Notes: generated from the letters alone by a model not told the origin. Positions 1 through 9,926 are shown, numbered from the stretch's first letter. The stretch: 64,000 nucleotides of DNA from Chrysiogenia bacterium (GCA_043826505.1 JBDRQC010000004.1:721428-785427), one strand, 5' to 3'. Translations and numbers: made by a program.

Positions 1-206
1 TAACGATATTGCACATATTGGCCATAGCAAATGATTTTTTGCCGCCAAAATTTTATATGTATAATAATTTAGCGTTTTATATTACAATCAATCCTTAATT
101 TTAGGAGATTTCTTCAGTGATAGAGAAAAATGCAGTGGTCGGGGGTGATAAATTGCATTTTTAAAAGTAGTTTGATACTGTAAGGCGAACTTGGGAGGAT
201 AACCCG

Positions 207-1034
207 ATGAACAAAATTATTGCCAAAGAAATACTGTCGGAAAATGTGGTGAAGCTGGTAGTGGAAGCTCCGCAGATTTCCCAAAAGCAGAGCCCCGGCC
301 AATTCGTCATTGTCCGCACCGATGACAGGGGGGAACGCATCCCGCTGACCATTGCCGATGCCGACAAGGAAAAAATGACCATCACCCTGATCATTCAAAT
401 AGTCGGAACTTCCTCTCATAAAATTGCGAACCTGAATCCGGGTGATTCCCTGCTGGACATTTCAGGCCCCCTGGGCAAACCCACGCACGTTGAAAAAGTG
501 GGGACCGTTGTTGCCTGCGGCGGTGGTGTGGGCATTGCCCCTCTTTATCCCATTGCCAGGGCTTTCAAGGAGATCGGCAACAAACTGATCACTGTTCTCG
601 GCGCCCGCAACCGGGAGCTGCTGATCCTGGAAAAGGAGATGGCCGTATTCGCCGATGAAATGATCGTCATGACCGATGACGGTTCATACGGGGAAAAAGG
701 ATTGATCACTGCCGGGATTGAAAAAGTGCTGCTGCGCGAGCCGGTTCACCTGGCAGTGGCCATCGGTCCAGCAGTAATGATGAAATTCGTCGCTTTGCTG
801 ACCAAAAAATACGATGTTGCCACTATCGCCAGCTTGAATACCATTATGGTCGATGGGACCGGGATGTGCGGGGCCTGCCGGGTCACGGTGGGTGGCAAGA
901 CCAAGTTTGTCTGCGTGGACGGGCCGGAATTCGATGCCCACGAAATAGACTACGATGAGATGCTGAAACGGTTGAATACTTATAAGAAAGAAGAACAAGT
1001 TTCTTATGACGGTTATTTGAAATCATTAACTTGA
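207..1034 (+). CDS. nfnA: Small subunit of an NfnAB / sulfide dehydrogenase SudB-like oxidoreductase (PyrK-type FAD/NAD(P) protein with 2Fe-2S)
   Basis: 275-aa ORF. GGGVGIAP dinucleotide motif and a C-terminal Cys cluster (GMCGACRV..FVCVDGPEF) typical of PyrK/SudB/NfnA. GGGAGGA RBS upstream. A gltD-like partner gene starts 12 nt downstream. Confidence 0.75.
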   Translation: MNKIIAKEILSENVVKLVVEAPQISQKQSPGQFVIVRTDDRGERIPLTIADADKEKMTITLIIQIVGTSSHKIANLNPGDSLLDISGPLGKPTHVEKVGTVVACGGGVGIAPLYPIARAFKEIGNKLITVLGARNRELLILEKEMAVFADEMIVMTDDGSYGEKGLITAGIEKVLLREPVHLAVAIGPAVMMKFVALLTKKYDVATIASLNTIMVDGTGMCGACRVTVGGKTKFVCVDGPEFDAHEIDYDEMLKRLNTYKKEEQVSYDGYLKSLT

Positions 1035-1046
1035 AGGAGAAGCAGC

Positions 1047-2534
1047 ATGCCGGTTAATTTCCAGGAATTGAGCGCCGACAGAAATCAGGAATGGCGAAAT
1101 GAAATGAGAAACAGGCTCAGTGCCAAGGAAAGAAGCAACTTGCCCCGGGTAAAAATGCCCGAAATGGAGCCCAGGGACAGGATCCGGGGTTTCAAGGAAG
1201 TCAATGTGGGCTTAAATGAAGATGCGGCCGTGCTTGAATCGCAGCGTTGCCTGGATTGTTCCACCCCATCTTGTATTTCCGGCTGTCCGGTGAACATCGA
1301 TATTCCGGGATTCATCAAATTGATCGAAAAAAAGGATTTTTTGGCAGCGGCCAGAAAATTAAAGGAAACCAACGCCCTGCCCGCCGTATGCGGCCGGGTC
1401 TGTCCCCAGGAGATTCAGTGCGAGGCCCTATGCATCTATCACAAAATGAAAAAGGCTCCGGTGGCCATTGGTTACCTTGAGCGGTTCGCCTCGGATCATG
1501 AACGCTTGGCCGGAAATATTTCCATCCCGCCTATTCAAGCCGGGAACCAGATCAAGGTGGCGGCCATCGGTTCCGGGCCGGCCAGTTTGACTTTTGCCGG
1601 TGAAATGGCGAAAAGCGGCTACCGGGTAACCGTTTTTGAGGCCCTGCATGAACTTGCCGGTGTTTTGAGTTACGGCATTCCCGAGTTTCGCTTGCCCAAA
1701 AGCATTGTCAGATCGGAAATCGCCTATCTGGAAAAGCTGGGAGTGGCGTTTGAAAAAAATGTGATTGTCGGGAAAACCCTGACCATCGAGGATATGAAAA
1801 AACAGGGATTTCAGGGTTTTTTTATCGGCAGCGGGGCCGGACTGCCCAAATTCATGCACATTCCTGGTGAAAATGCCATTGGCGTATATTCATCCAATGA
1901 ATACCTCACCCGGGTCAATCTCATGAAAGCGTATCAATTCCCCCATTACGATACCCCTATTGTGCTGGGGAAGAGGGTGGCCGTGATCGGCGGCGGCAAC
2001 ACGGCAATGGATTCGGTCAGGGTTGCTGTCCGCTTGGGTGCCGAAAAAGCCATGATCGTGTACCGCCGCTCCGAACAGGAAATGCCGGCCCGCATCGAGG
2101 AGATTCACCATGCCAAGGAGGAGGGCGTTGAATTTTTGACCTTGACAAATCCCGTTGAATACATCACCGATGCCGATGGACGGGTCAAGCAGATGAAGGT
2201 TCAAAAAATGGGTTTGGGGGCCGCGGACGACTCGGGACGTAAACGACCGGTGGTGATCCCCGGTTCCGAATACACGATTGATGTGGATACAGTGGTGGTC
2301 GGGGTGGGAACAGACCCCAATCCCCTGATTCCCCGGACGATCCAGGGACTGGAAGTGACCAAGTGGGGAACCATCGTGGTCAATGAGGAGACCATGCAAA
2401 CCGCGCTGCCGGAAATTTTTGCCGGCGGTGATATCGTCCGGGGCGGGGCGACCGTCATTCTGGCCATGGGTGACGGCAAAAAAGCGGCGGAGTCTTTGCA
2501 TGACTATCTGCAACAAAAAAAGCAAATTGTATAG
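1047..2534 (+). CDS. nfnB: Large subunit of NfnAB / SudA / GltD-family NAD(P)H oxidoreductase (2x[4Fe-4S] + FAD)
   Basis: 495 aa. Cys motifs CLDCSTPSCISGCP and CGRVCPQEIQCEALC. Two Rossmann motifs (AAIGSGPASL, VIGGGNTAMD). C-terminal FAGGD. GltD small-chain family paired with a PyrK-like subunit. Confidence 0.75.
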   Translation: MPVNFQELSADRNQEWRNEMRNRLSAKERSNLPRVKMPEMEPRDRIRGFKEVNVGLNEDAAVLESQRCLDCSTPSCISGCPVNIDIPGFIKLIEKKDFLAAARKLKETNALPAVCGRVCPQEIQCEALCIYHKMKKAPVAIGYLERFASDHERLAGNISIPPIQAGNQIKVAAIGSGPASLTFAGEMAKSGYRVTVFEALHELAGVLSYGIPEFRLPKSIVRSEIAYLEKLGVAFEKNVIVGKTLTIEDMKKQGFQGFFIGSGAGLPKFMHIPGENAIGVYSSNEYLTRVNLMKAYQFPHYDTPIVLGKRVAVIGGGNTAMDSVRVAVRLGAEKAMIVYRRSEQEMPARIEEIHHAKEEGVEFLTLTNPVEYITDADGRVKQMKVQKMGLGAADDSGRKRPVVIPGSEYTIDVDTVVVGVGTDPNPLIPRTIQGLEVTKWGTIVVNEETMQTALPEIFAGGDIVRGGATVILAMGDGKKAAESLHDYLQQKKQIV

Positions 2535-2545
2535 TAAATTTATGC

Positions 2546-3655
2546 ATGGGTAATAATAAAGAAAAAAAACCAGAAAACAGCATTCTTGGTGGTTTTTTCA
2601 GAAAAATTCCGCCGCGCAATTTTTGGCATACGATCTTTCGTGATTTCAGGGATATCAAGGAGTTCTATCTCGAAGAAGAGCAAAAGAACCGCCTGGAAAG
2701 CATGCGGCCAATTGCCCGCGGGTTCTATCTGGCCGGTTGGCTGTTGAAAAGTCTATTTTTGAAACTGACACCGATACGCCGCCTGTTGCTGCTCATCGCC
2801 ATATTCATTTTGTTCCTGCAGAACTCCAGGATTCAGCTTGGTTCGCTTGGAGTCAACCTTAATTTTGGAGAACTGGGAAGCCTGATCCTTGTTTTCATTT
2901 TAATGCTGGAATTGAAAGACAAGCTGCTGGCCCGCAATGAGCTTGAGGAAGGCCGGGCGATCCAGATGCGGCTGCTTCCGGACGCCAATCCTGAGATTGC
3001 CGGATGGGATGCATGGCTTTATTCCAAGCCGGCCAATGATGTGGGCGGTGACCTGATCGACTGCATCCGTTTCAACAACGACCACCATATCCTGGTCCTT
3101 GGCGACGTTTCCGGAAAAGGTCTGCCGGCTGCACTGCTCATGGTCAAGCTGCAGGCGACTATTCGCGCCCTTTTCACCGAATCGACCAGGCTTTCGGACC
3201 TGGGTTTTCAAATCAACCAGATTTTTCACCGCGATGGCATCACCAGCAGTTTTGCCACCCTGGTCGTACTGGATATCCGCGGCGATTCGGGAAAAATCAA
3301 GATGCTGAACGCCGGTCATACCCCCCCGGTATTCATACGTGGCGGAATTCCACTTTCAACCGCCAAAGGCAACCCGGCCCTAGGGCTCATGGCCGACACC
3401 CCTTACAATGTGATTGAAACGGTCATGCAAAAGGGCGATGTTCTATTGGCCTATTCCGATGGGATCAATGAAAGCTGCAACCCGCAGGGAGAATGCTTTG
3501 GGAACGATCGGCTTTTTTCCTTAATCAGGGAGTGGCCAGACATTCTACCAACGGATTTGGGGGTACGCATCCTGGAAACCGTCAAGCATTTCAGGGGCGA
3601 AGCCCGTCCCGAAGACGACCAGACTCTGCTCATTATCAAATACTGCGGCCAATAA
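2546..3655 (+). CDS. Membrane-anchored PP2C-family (SpoIIE/RsbU-type) serine phosphatase
   Basis: 369 aa. Hydrophobic N-terminal segments followed by the SpoIIE-type motifs GGDLID..., LGDVSGKGLPAALLM and YSDGINE. Confidence 0.75.
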   Translation: MGNNKEKKPENSILGGFFRKIPPRNFWHTIFRDFRDIKEFYLEEEQKNRLESMRPIARGFYLAGWLLKSLFLKLTPIRRLLLLIAIFILFLQNSRIQLGSLGVNLNFGELGSLILVFILMLELKDKLLARNELEEGRAIQMRLLPDANPEIAGWDAWLYSKPANDVGGDLIDCIRFNNDHHILVLGDVSGKGLPAALLMVKLQATIRALFTESTRLSDLGFQINQIFHRDGITSSFATLVVLDIRGDSGKIKMLNAGHTPPVFIRGGIPLSTAKGNPALGLMADTPYNVIETVMQKGDVLLAYSDGINESCNPQGECFGNDRLFSLIREWPDILPTDLGVRILETVKHFRGEARPEDDQTLLIIKYCGQ

Positions 3656-3741
3656 ATCCAAAACGATTTCCGGAAATTCCATTCTGCTTCCAACCGGACA
3701 TGTAATGATCTCAGGAAATGGATACCGGACGAAAGGCAATT

Positions 3742-4500
3742 TTATTCTTTGTCTTGTGCCGACTTGTAATCGACCCTGACCAGGGTCAGGCCTTTGGCCG
3801 GGGCGGTCTGTCCGGCCCGGCGGCGGTCTTTGGCCGCGAATATGGCCGGAATTTCGTCAGCCTTGATCTTGCCTTTGCCTACATCGATAAGCGTTCCGAC
3901 CATGTTGCGCACCATGTAGCGCAAAAAACTTTTGCCGCGCACGCTGAAGGTGATCTCCTCGTTCTTGACCTGCATTTTGAACATGTCCACTTCGCGCTCT
4001 CTCTTTTTCCCTGGCTCATCAGATGTGAAGGAAGAGAAATCCTTGGCGCCGACAAAATATCTGGCAGCTTTGCGCATGGCCTTCACATCCAGGGGGAAGG
4101 GGATGTGCAGGGCGAAACGCTGGCTGAATGGCGATTGCACCTGGCCGGTGAAAATCCGGTATACATAGGTTTTGCTGTGGGCGCCAAAACGGGCATTGAA
4201 CGATTTGTCCATGAGCTGGCATTCCATAATGCGGATATCCTTGGGCAGCAGTGAATTCAATGCCCGCCGCAGGGATTCTGGTTCGATGGTGATGGGCAGG
4301 TGAAAGTTGGCGGTCAGTCCGCTGGAGTGAACCCCGGCGTCGGTCCTGGAGCTGCCGGTGACCAGGACCTGTTTCTTGGCGATTATTTTCAGGACCCGGA
4401 TCAATTCGGCCTGGATGGTCCGGTATTCAGGACGCTGGAATTGCCAGCCGAAATATTCCGTACCGTCGAAATGGACAACCACGCGGTAGTTGTTGGTCAT
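3742..4500 (-). CDS. truA: tRNA pseudouridine(38-40) synthase
   Basis: 252 aa. N-terminal YDGTxYxGWQxQ-type motif (FDGTEYFGWQFQ) and catalytic GSSRTDAGVH. Confidence 0.9.
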   Translation of the reverse strand: MTNNYRVVVHFDGTEYFGWQFQRPEYRTIQAELIRVLKIIAKKQVLVTGSSRTDAGVHSSGLTANFHLPITIEPESLRRALNSLLPKDIRIMECQLMDKSFNARFGAHSKTYVYRIFTGQVQSPFSQRFALHIPFPLDVKAMRKAARYFVGAKDFSSFTSDEPGKKREREVDMFKMQVKNEEITFSVRGKSFLRYMVRNMVGTLIDVGKGKIKADEIPAIFAAKDRRRAGQTAPAKGLTLVRVDYKSAQDKE

Positions 4501-4515
4501 ATAGCAGTTTATCCC

Positions 4516-5004
4516 TTATTTCAGCTGCTCAAAATAGGCAATGATTTGTTGCATGGCCGCCTGCGTAGACTCCACGGCGATCACGCCGGGGATATCCCAG
4601 GTTTCGATGCCGAAAACCTTCTTGCCGTATACCTGGGCATAGGCGATCTCGGATAGAGTGCCGTAGGCGCCGTTAATTGCCACCAAGACATCGGAATTCA
4701 TCACCACCAGGGCATTGCGCAGGTAGCCCAATCCGGTGGGAATGGCAATATCGGTGAAGCGGTTGGTTTCCTGCGTCGATTTTCCCGGTAAAATGCCAAT
4801 GACCCATCCGCCATGGGTCTTGGCTCCCCTGGCCGAGGCTTCCATGACCCCTTTTAAACCGCCATTAACCAGTAAAAAGCCGTTTTCAGCTATCAAGCGT
4901 CCCATGGTTTCGGCGATTTGCAGATGCCTGACAGCCGGAGAACTGCCCCCGATAAGGCCGATTCTTTTTTTTGAAGCAAACTCGCTGCCAGTTTGCGTTT
5001 TCAA
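4516..5004 (-). CDS. TIGR00725 / LOG-like (SLOG Rossmann-fold) protein
   Basis: 162 aa. IGLIGGS..., VNGGLKGVMEA and GAYGTLSEIA motifs of the LOG/TIGR00725 family. Confidence 0.65.
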   Translation of the reverse strand: MKTQTGSEFASKKRIGLIGGSSPAVRHLQIAETMGRLIAENGFLLVNGGLKGVMEASARGAKTHGGWVIGILPGKSTQETNRFTDIAIPTGLGYLRNALVVMNSDVLVAINGAYGTLSEIAYAQVYGKKVFGIETWDIPGVIAVESTQAAMQQIIAYFEQLK

Positions 5005-5018
5005 ACTGATCGAATGCG

Positions 5019-5210
5019 TTAAACGGCTTTTTTAATTTTTCCGGAACGGATGCAGGCGGTGCAAACCCGCAGGGATTTGTTTGCCCCGTCAACCACGACC
5101 TTGATTTTTTGCAGGTTGGGTTCCCAGCGGCGATTGGTCATTTTATGAGAATGGCTGACATTGTGGCCGTATACCGGCTTTTTTCCGCATATTTCACACA
5201 CTTTTGCCAT
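5019..5210 (-). CDS. rpmB: 50S ribosomal protein L28
   Basis: MAKVCEICGKKPVYGHNVSHSHKMTNRRWEPNLQ matches L28. I chose the ATG at 5210, which has an AGGAGG RBS 8 nt upstream. The ORF-track start at 5240 adds 10 non-conserved residues. Confidence 0.9.
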   Translation of the reverse strand: MAKVCEICGKKPVYGHNVSHSHKMTNRRWEPNLQKIKVVVDGANKSLRVCTACIRSGKIKKAV

Positions 5211-5318
5211 TGCAGAGTCCTCCTTTCGATTGTGGCTCATATTTTACACTTTTTCGCAGGCAAAAGCAATTGTTGAATCTTAATCATGCCCGTGCTATCA
5301 TCGGCTTCTGAGGTAGAC

Positions 5319-6770
5319 ATGAAAAAAACCGGGATTTTTCTGATGTTGCTGCTTTGTGCCTGGCTGGCTTTTGGCGAACATGTATCTTTTGCCGATGCCA
5401 GGCAGGTCGCCGTCAATTGGATCAAAACACTCAATTCCGCTTTCAAGGATCAGGTGGCTTTGACCACAGGGGAGATCCTGCGCCGCGATGGGATCGCCGT
5501 GGGTTACGTGTTCCATTTTTCTCCGGCCGGCTACATGCTGGTCGCGGCCGAGGATTACCTGCCGCCTGTAAAACTTTATTCCCTGAAAAACGATTTTGCC
5601 CGTGAAGGCCGTGATTTCGAAGACCAGGTTATCGGGACCCTCAGTTCCCTTATCCGCAAAGTTAACGCCAAAACCCTGGATCCGGAAAAGTATTTTCTGA
5701 AAAGCAATCGGGATAATTTCTCTCTTTTGAAAAAGGATCGGCCGCAGGCCCAGATGCTGACTATGCCAAATCCAGTGCAGGACGCGGTGCCGTTCTTGCG
5801 GACGGCCTGGAACCAGGGAGATCCTTACAATTTGAAATGTCCGCTGATCAATGGCCGCAGGCCTCCCTGCGGCTGCGTGGCCACTGCTTTCGCCCAGATC
5901 TTCTATCATTATCGGTATCCGGCGGCGGGCCAGGGTTCGCACAGTTACATTTGGAATGGAAAAACCCTGACGGCCCATTTCAACCATCCCTACAAATGGG
6001 ACCAGATGCTTCTCAATTACCAGGCGACAACGGCAAATACGGAACAGAAGGAGGCCGTTGCGCAATTGATGTACGATGTGGGTGTGGCTTTTGAAATGGA
6101 CTACGGCTTGAGGGGCAGCGGCGCCTATGCGACCGATGCCTTGACCGCCCTGCCCGGGTTCTTCAAATACTCTGATGACATAAAGGCGATCGATCGCAGC
6201 CAAGTGAGCACGGACGACCAGTGGTTCGACATTGCCCAGCAGCAGGTGGACAAGGGCTTGCCCGTGGCTTTTTCCATTTACAATGATGATTCCGGCCATG
6301 AAGTGGTCATTGACGGCTACCGTATTTCCCAGGGCGCGACCACTTTTCACATAAACATGGGCTGGGGGGGATCTTACGATGGTTACTATTCCCTGAATAA
6401 TATCGACGGCTTCGAAGTAGACGAATGGCAGATTTTTATTTATGATATTTATCCGCCCGGCTACCTGGACGTACAGCCGCCTAAAAATACGACTGGTGAG
6501 GCTCATTTGAACGAAAGCCTGTTTTTTTCCCAGTATGTCTGCCGCGTTTCCTGGGAGGCAAGCCCCAGCGGGGACACCAATCTGAGCAAGTATATCGTTT
6601 TGCAAAAGGACGGCCAGGGCAATGTGGCGGCCTTGAGCGAGGTCTTGCCTGAAGTCAAGGAATATGTTTTCCGCAACGCTGATTACAGCGCCTGCAGTTA
6701 CGCGGTGGTGGCCGTGGATCAGAACGGCCGGCAATCCACGGCCAAGTTTTTTTCACTGGTTTTGCGCTGA
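5319..6770 (+). CDS. Secreted C10-family (streptopain/SpeB-like) cysteine peptidase with N-terminal inhibitor-like prodomain and C-terminal Fn3-like domain
   Basis: Signal peptide MKKTGIFLMLLLCAWLAFG. Catalytic Cys motif PPCGCVATAFAQIFYHYRYP (Cys codon 5874-5876). Catalytic His motif DSGHEVVIDGY. Start moved to the ATG at 5319. Confidence 0.8.
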   Translation: MKKTGIFLMLLLCAWLAFGEHVSFADARQVAVNWIKTLNSAFKDQVALTTGEILRRDGIAVGYVFHFSPAGYMLVAAEDYLPPVKLYSLKNDFAREGRDFEDQVIGTLSSLIRKVNAKTLDPEKYFLKSNRDNFSLLKKDRPQAQMLTMPNPVQDAVPFLRTAWNQGDPYNLKCPLINGRRPPCGCVATAFAQIFYHYRYPAAGQGSHSYIWNGKTLTAHFNHPYKWDQMLLNYQATTANTEQKEAVAQLMYDVGVAFEMDYGLRGSGAYATDALTALPGFFKYSDDIKAIDRSQVSTDDQWFDIAQQQVDKGLPVAFSIYNDDSGHEVVIDGYRISQGATTFHINMGWGGSYDGYYSLNNIDGFEVDEWQIFIYDIYPPGYLDVQPPKNTTGEAHLNESLFFSQYVCRVSWEASPSGDTNLSKYIVLQKDGQGNVAALSEVLPEVKEYVFRNADYSACSYAVVAVDQNGRQSTAKFFSLVLR

Positions 6771-6777
6771 AAAAAAC

Positions 6778-7236
6778 TTATTTGAAAAACAGGTAACGGA
6801 TACCCTGCAGAAAGGCCAGGACATAAAACCCGGCCAGCACGTCATCGGTCATAATGCCGATACCGCGGGGCAGCGCTTCGCTTTTGTTGACCGGGAATGG
6901 TTTAATGATGTCGAAAATCCGGAAGAGAAAAAAAGCGGCGATATAAAACCCGGCTTGGCGGGGCAGAAACCAGAGGCTGACCAGTTGGCCGGCCACTTCA
7001 TCGATGACGCATTGGCGCGGATCCTTTTTTTGATAATGCTTTTCACAAAGTGCGGCAGCCGGAATGCCGATGGCGTATACAAATGCCGTGATCAGGGCCA
7101 GGAATACAAAGGGCAGCGTCGCCAGCGGGGTAAAAAATACAATCAGGGCTGTCAGCAGAGATGCCCATGTTCCCGGGGCCACGGGCAGGTAGCCGGTTCC
7201 GAAAAAGGTGGCAATCAAGATCCCGGTTTTCTTCAT
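6778..7236 (-). CDS. pgpA: Phosphatidylglycerophosphatase A
   Basis: MKKTGILIATFFGTGYLPVAPGTWASL is the PgpA N-terminal signature. Its ATG overlaps the rimO stop (ATGA). Confidence 0.85.
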   Translation of the reverse strand: MKKTGILIATFFGTGYLPVAPGTWASLLTALIVFFTPLATLPFVFLALITAFVYAIGIPAAALCEKHYQKKDPRQCVIDEVAGQLVSLWFLPRQAGFYIAAFFLFRIFDIIKPFPVNKSEALPRGIGIMTDDVLAGFYVLAFLQGIRYLFFK

Positions 7237-8561
7237 GATTTTTCTCCATGCAGCATTTCGTTCTGAAAGCCGCTGATCTTGATGGAAAGCATGGGGCTGC
7301 CTTCGCTGAATTTCGCTTGCAACCGGCAATGGCCATCGACTTCAGGCGCTTGGGCCCATATGCGGCCGATGGTGCTGTCGTGGGTCCAGGGGGCCAAAGG
7401 TAAAAAATCCAGGGTTTGTCCGACCAGGCCCTGATTGAACTTTTGCATGTTGCGGTCCGAAACATCCAGGAGTATATTTTTTCGGTCTTCGCTAGTCCGA
7501 GGGTTTTTGCGGTTGGGCAGCCTGAATCCGACCGTGTTCTCTTCGGGTGAAAAGGCGAAAACCCCGATCCGCTCCAATTTGGCTTCGCCGGCAAAATCGA
7601 GAAGTTGCTTGAAGTCGTCTTTGCTTTCGCCCGGGAAGCCGACGATGAAGGTGCTGCGCAGGACGGCATGCGGTAATTTTTTTCTGATCTCCCGCACCAA
7701 GCGCAGGTTTTTTTCGTAGCTGCCGCCGCGATTCATTTTTTTCAATACGCGGGCTGAAACATGCTGAAAGGGGAGATCGAAATAGGGCAGGACCGCCGGT
7801 TGGGCAAAGCCATCCAGAATTTCAGGAGTTACCTCTTCGGGCATCAGGTAAAGTACCCGCAGCCAACGGAAACCTATCAAGGATATTTCCTGCAGCAGGG
7901 CCGGCAGTTGCGAATACTTGCCCCTGTCCCTGCCAAAATAGGTAGAATTCTGGGAAATGAGGTTCAATTCCTCCACGCCCTTTTTTTTCAGTGCTTCTGC
8001 TTCCTTCAATATGGAAGGGATGGTCCTGGAGCGGAAGGGTCCGCGGATCTGCGGGATGGAACAGAAACTGCAGGTCATGTTGCAGCCTTCGGAAATTTTG
8101 ATGAAACTGGAATTGGCGGTGGTGAATAGCGACCGCTGGTTTTTGTCGGAATAAAGAAAAAGTTTCTGATCTGGATAAACCGTGGGCTGACCGCTGGCTA
8201 TGGCATCGGCCAATTCCTCGATATCGTTGACGCCCCAGAGGATGTCAACTGTAGCAAAGGTGGTCTGCAATTCCTTATAGTAGCGCTGGATCAGGCAGCC
8301 GAAAACGGCCAACTTTTTAATCCCGCCTTTTTCTTTTTTTTCAAGTGCAGTCAGTATCTCCTCGATGCTCTCTTCCTTGGCGTCGCGGATGAAACCGCAG
8401 GTGTTGATGACCAGCCATTCGGGATCTTCGTATTCCGAAACGATCCCCATGCCCCTTTGCTGCAGCATCCCGGCCAGCACTTCGCTGTCCACCGTGTTCT
8501 TGAAGCAGCCCAGGCTGATGAACGATACGCTCCGACTTTCAGGTTTCCGGCTGTTTTTCAT
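7233..8561 (-). CDS. rimO: Ribosomal protein S12 methylthiotransferase (radical SAM, MiaB family)
   Basis: 442 aa. N-terminal SLGCFKNTVDSE, radical-SAM CNMTCSFCSIP, C-terminal TRAM-like domain. Confidence 0.85.
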   Translation of the reverse strand: MKNSRKPESRSVSFISLGCFKNTVDSEVLAGMLQQRGMGIVSEYEDPEWLVINTCGFIRDAKEESIEEILTALEKKEKGGIKKLAVFGCLIQRYYKELQTTFATVDILWGVNDIEELADAIASGQPTVYPDQKLFLYSDKNQRSLFTTANSSFIKISEGCNMTCSFCSIPQIRGPFRSRTIPSILKEAEALKKKGVEELNLISQNSTYFGRDRGKYSQLPALLQEISLIGFRWLRVLYLMPEEVTPEILDGFAQPAVLPYFDLPFQHVSARVLKKMNRGGSYEKNLRLVREIRKKLPHAVLRSTFIVGFPGESKDDFKQLLDFAGEAKLERIGVFAFSPEENTVGFRLPNRKNPRTSEDRKNILLDVSDRNMQKFNQGLVGQTLDFLPLAPWTHDSTIGRIWAQAPEVDGHCRLQAKFSEGSPMLSIKISGFQNEMLHGEKS

Positions 8562-8663
8562 GGAGATGGCTTCTATCCTGGTTAAAATTCCATTTTAACA
8601 AAACCAGGCCGTGAAGGCAAATTCAGAGTTGAAAAAAATTGTTAAAAGTTGCATTTATTTTTA

Positions 8664-8692
8664 TTGACGGGGCTATTTTTCTATGATATACA
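8664..8692 (+). promoter_or_regulatory. Putative sigma70-type promoter of the five-gene operon
   Basis: TTGACG (8664-8669), 17-nt spacer, TATACA (8687-8692), about 34 nt before the ATG at 8726. Found by pattern match only. Confidence 0.35.
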
Positions 8693-8725
8693 AACTGTGC
8701 ATTACTGTCTGAAAAGGAGGAATAT

Positions 8726-9871
8726 ATGAGTGTTTCTGGTCAAAAATCAACCGGGAAAAAGTATAGGATCGCCTGGCTGCCGGGCGACGGCATCGGCAAG
8801 GAAGTGATGGAAGCGGCCCGGATCGTTCTCGACAAGCTGCAGTTCAACGCCGAGTACATTCACGGTGACATCGGCTGGGAGTTCTGGTGCAAAGAGGGCG
8901 AATCCTTCCCGCAGCGCACCATCGACCTGTTGAAGAGCGTCGACGCCGCCATGTTCGGCGCCATCACCTCCAAGCCGGTCAAGGCGGCCGAGGTCGAGCT
9001 GGTGCCCGAACTGAAGGGCACGGGCCTGGTCTACCGCTCGCCGATCGTGCGCATGCGCCAACTGTTCGATCTCTACACCTGCCTGCGCCCCTGCAAATCC
9101 TACCCGGGCAATCCCATCAATTACAAGGAAGGGATCGACCTGGTGGTCTTCCGCGAAAACACCGAGGACCTCTACGCGGGCGTGGAATTCAATCCCGTGC
9201 CGCAGGAGGTCAGAGACGTACTGCTGAAGAACGCCAAGGGTTTCGCCGCCTTCAAGGACGTGCCCCTGGACCAGTATGCCATCACCTGCAAGATCAACAC
9301 CCGCAAGGGTTCGGAGCGCATCATTCGCGCCGCCTTCGAATATGCCAAGAAGCACGGCTATCCCAAGGTCACCGTGATCCACAAGGCCAATGTCGTGCGC
9401 GCCACCGAGGGGCTGTTCCTCGAGATCGGCAAGGAAGTAGCCAAGGACTTCCCGGGCATCCAAATGGACGATGCCAACATCGACGCCATCTGCATGTGGC
9501 TGCTGAAGAACCCCAAGAACTACTCGGTGCTGGTGGCCACCAATATGTTCGGGGACATCGTTTCAGACCTCTGCGCCCAGATGGTAGGCGGTTTGGGCTT
9601 CGGCTGTTCGGGCAACATCGGCGAAAAACTGGCCGTTTTCGAGCCCACGCACGGCTCGGCGCCCAAGTACGCCGGACAGTACAAGACCAACCCCATGGCC
9701 ACCATTCTGGCGGCCAAGATGATGCTGGACTGGCTGGGTGAGAAAGAGATGGGCGCCAGGATCGAAAAAGCCGTGGGCGAGATAATCGCCGAGGGCCAGG
9801 TGCGAACTTATGATATGGGCGGGACAAGCAAGACCCTGGAAATGGCCGAAGCCATCGCCGCGAAATTGTAG
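8726..9871 (+). CDS. Beta-decarboxylating dehydrogenase of the isocitrate/isopropylmalate/homoisocitrate dehydrogenase family (substrate unresolved)
   Basis: 381 aa. LPGDGIGKEV, FRENTEDLYAGVEF (the IDH/archaeal-type RENTE form, not bacterial LeuB RELTGG), NMFGDIVSDL and GSAPKYAG. AAGGAGG RBS. Confidence 0.8.
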   Translation: MSVSGQKSTGKKYRIAWLPGDGIGKEVMEAARIVLDKLQFNAEYIHGDIGWEFWCKEGESFPQRTIDLLKSVDAAMFGAITSKPVKAAEVELVPELKGTGLVYRSPIVRMRQLFDLYTCLRPCKSYPGNPINYKEGIDLVVFRENTEDLYAGVEFNPVPQEVRDVLLKNAKGFAAFKDVPLDQYAITCKINTRKGSERIIRAAFEYAKKHGYPKVTVIHKANVVRATEGLFLEIGKEVAKDFPGIQMDDANIDAICMWLLKNPKNYSVLVATNMFGDIVSDLCAQMVGGLGFGCSGNIGEKLAVFEPTHGSAPKYAGQYKTNPMATILAAKMMLDWLGEKEMGARIEKAVGEIIAEGQVRTYDMGGTSKTLEMAEAIAAKL

Positions 9872-9926
9872 TCCGGACCGGAGCTTCGGATAGCAGCCGT
9901 GAAAATACGCCTGGGGAGATCGCCAA

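Noticed and set aside
3666-3677. Perfect 12-nt palindrome ATTTCCGGAAAT between the convergent phosphatase and truA genes.
   Set aside because: It is too short, has no loop and has no flanking U/T tract. It could arise by chance and no partner site was seen.
5298-6734. A 478-aa ORF antisense to the C10 peptidase gene. Similar long shadow ORFs occur at 8747-9463(-), 8887-9741(+), 12506-13426(-), 17403-18299(+), 18324-19424(+), 42134-43108(+), 51242-52225(-), 53545-54546(-) and 62236-63270(+).
   Set aside because: Each lies opposite, or out of frame with, a gene that has strong family motifs. Their translations are Arg/Gly/Pro/His-rich low-information sequences typical of shadow frames in GC-rich coding DNA. 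None has an RBS or a recognisable motif.
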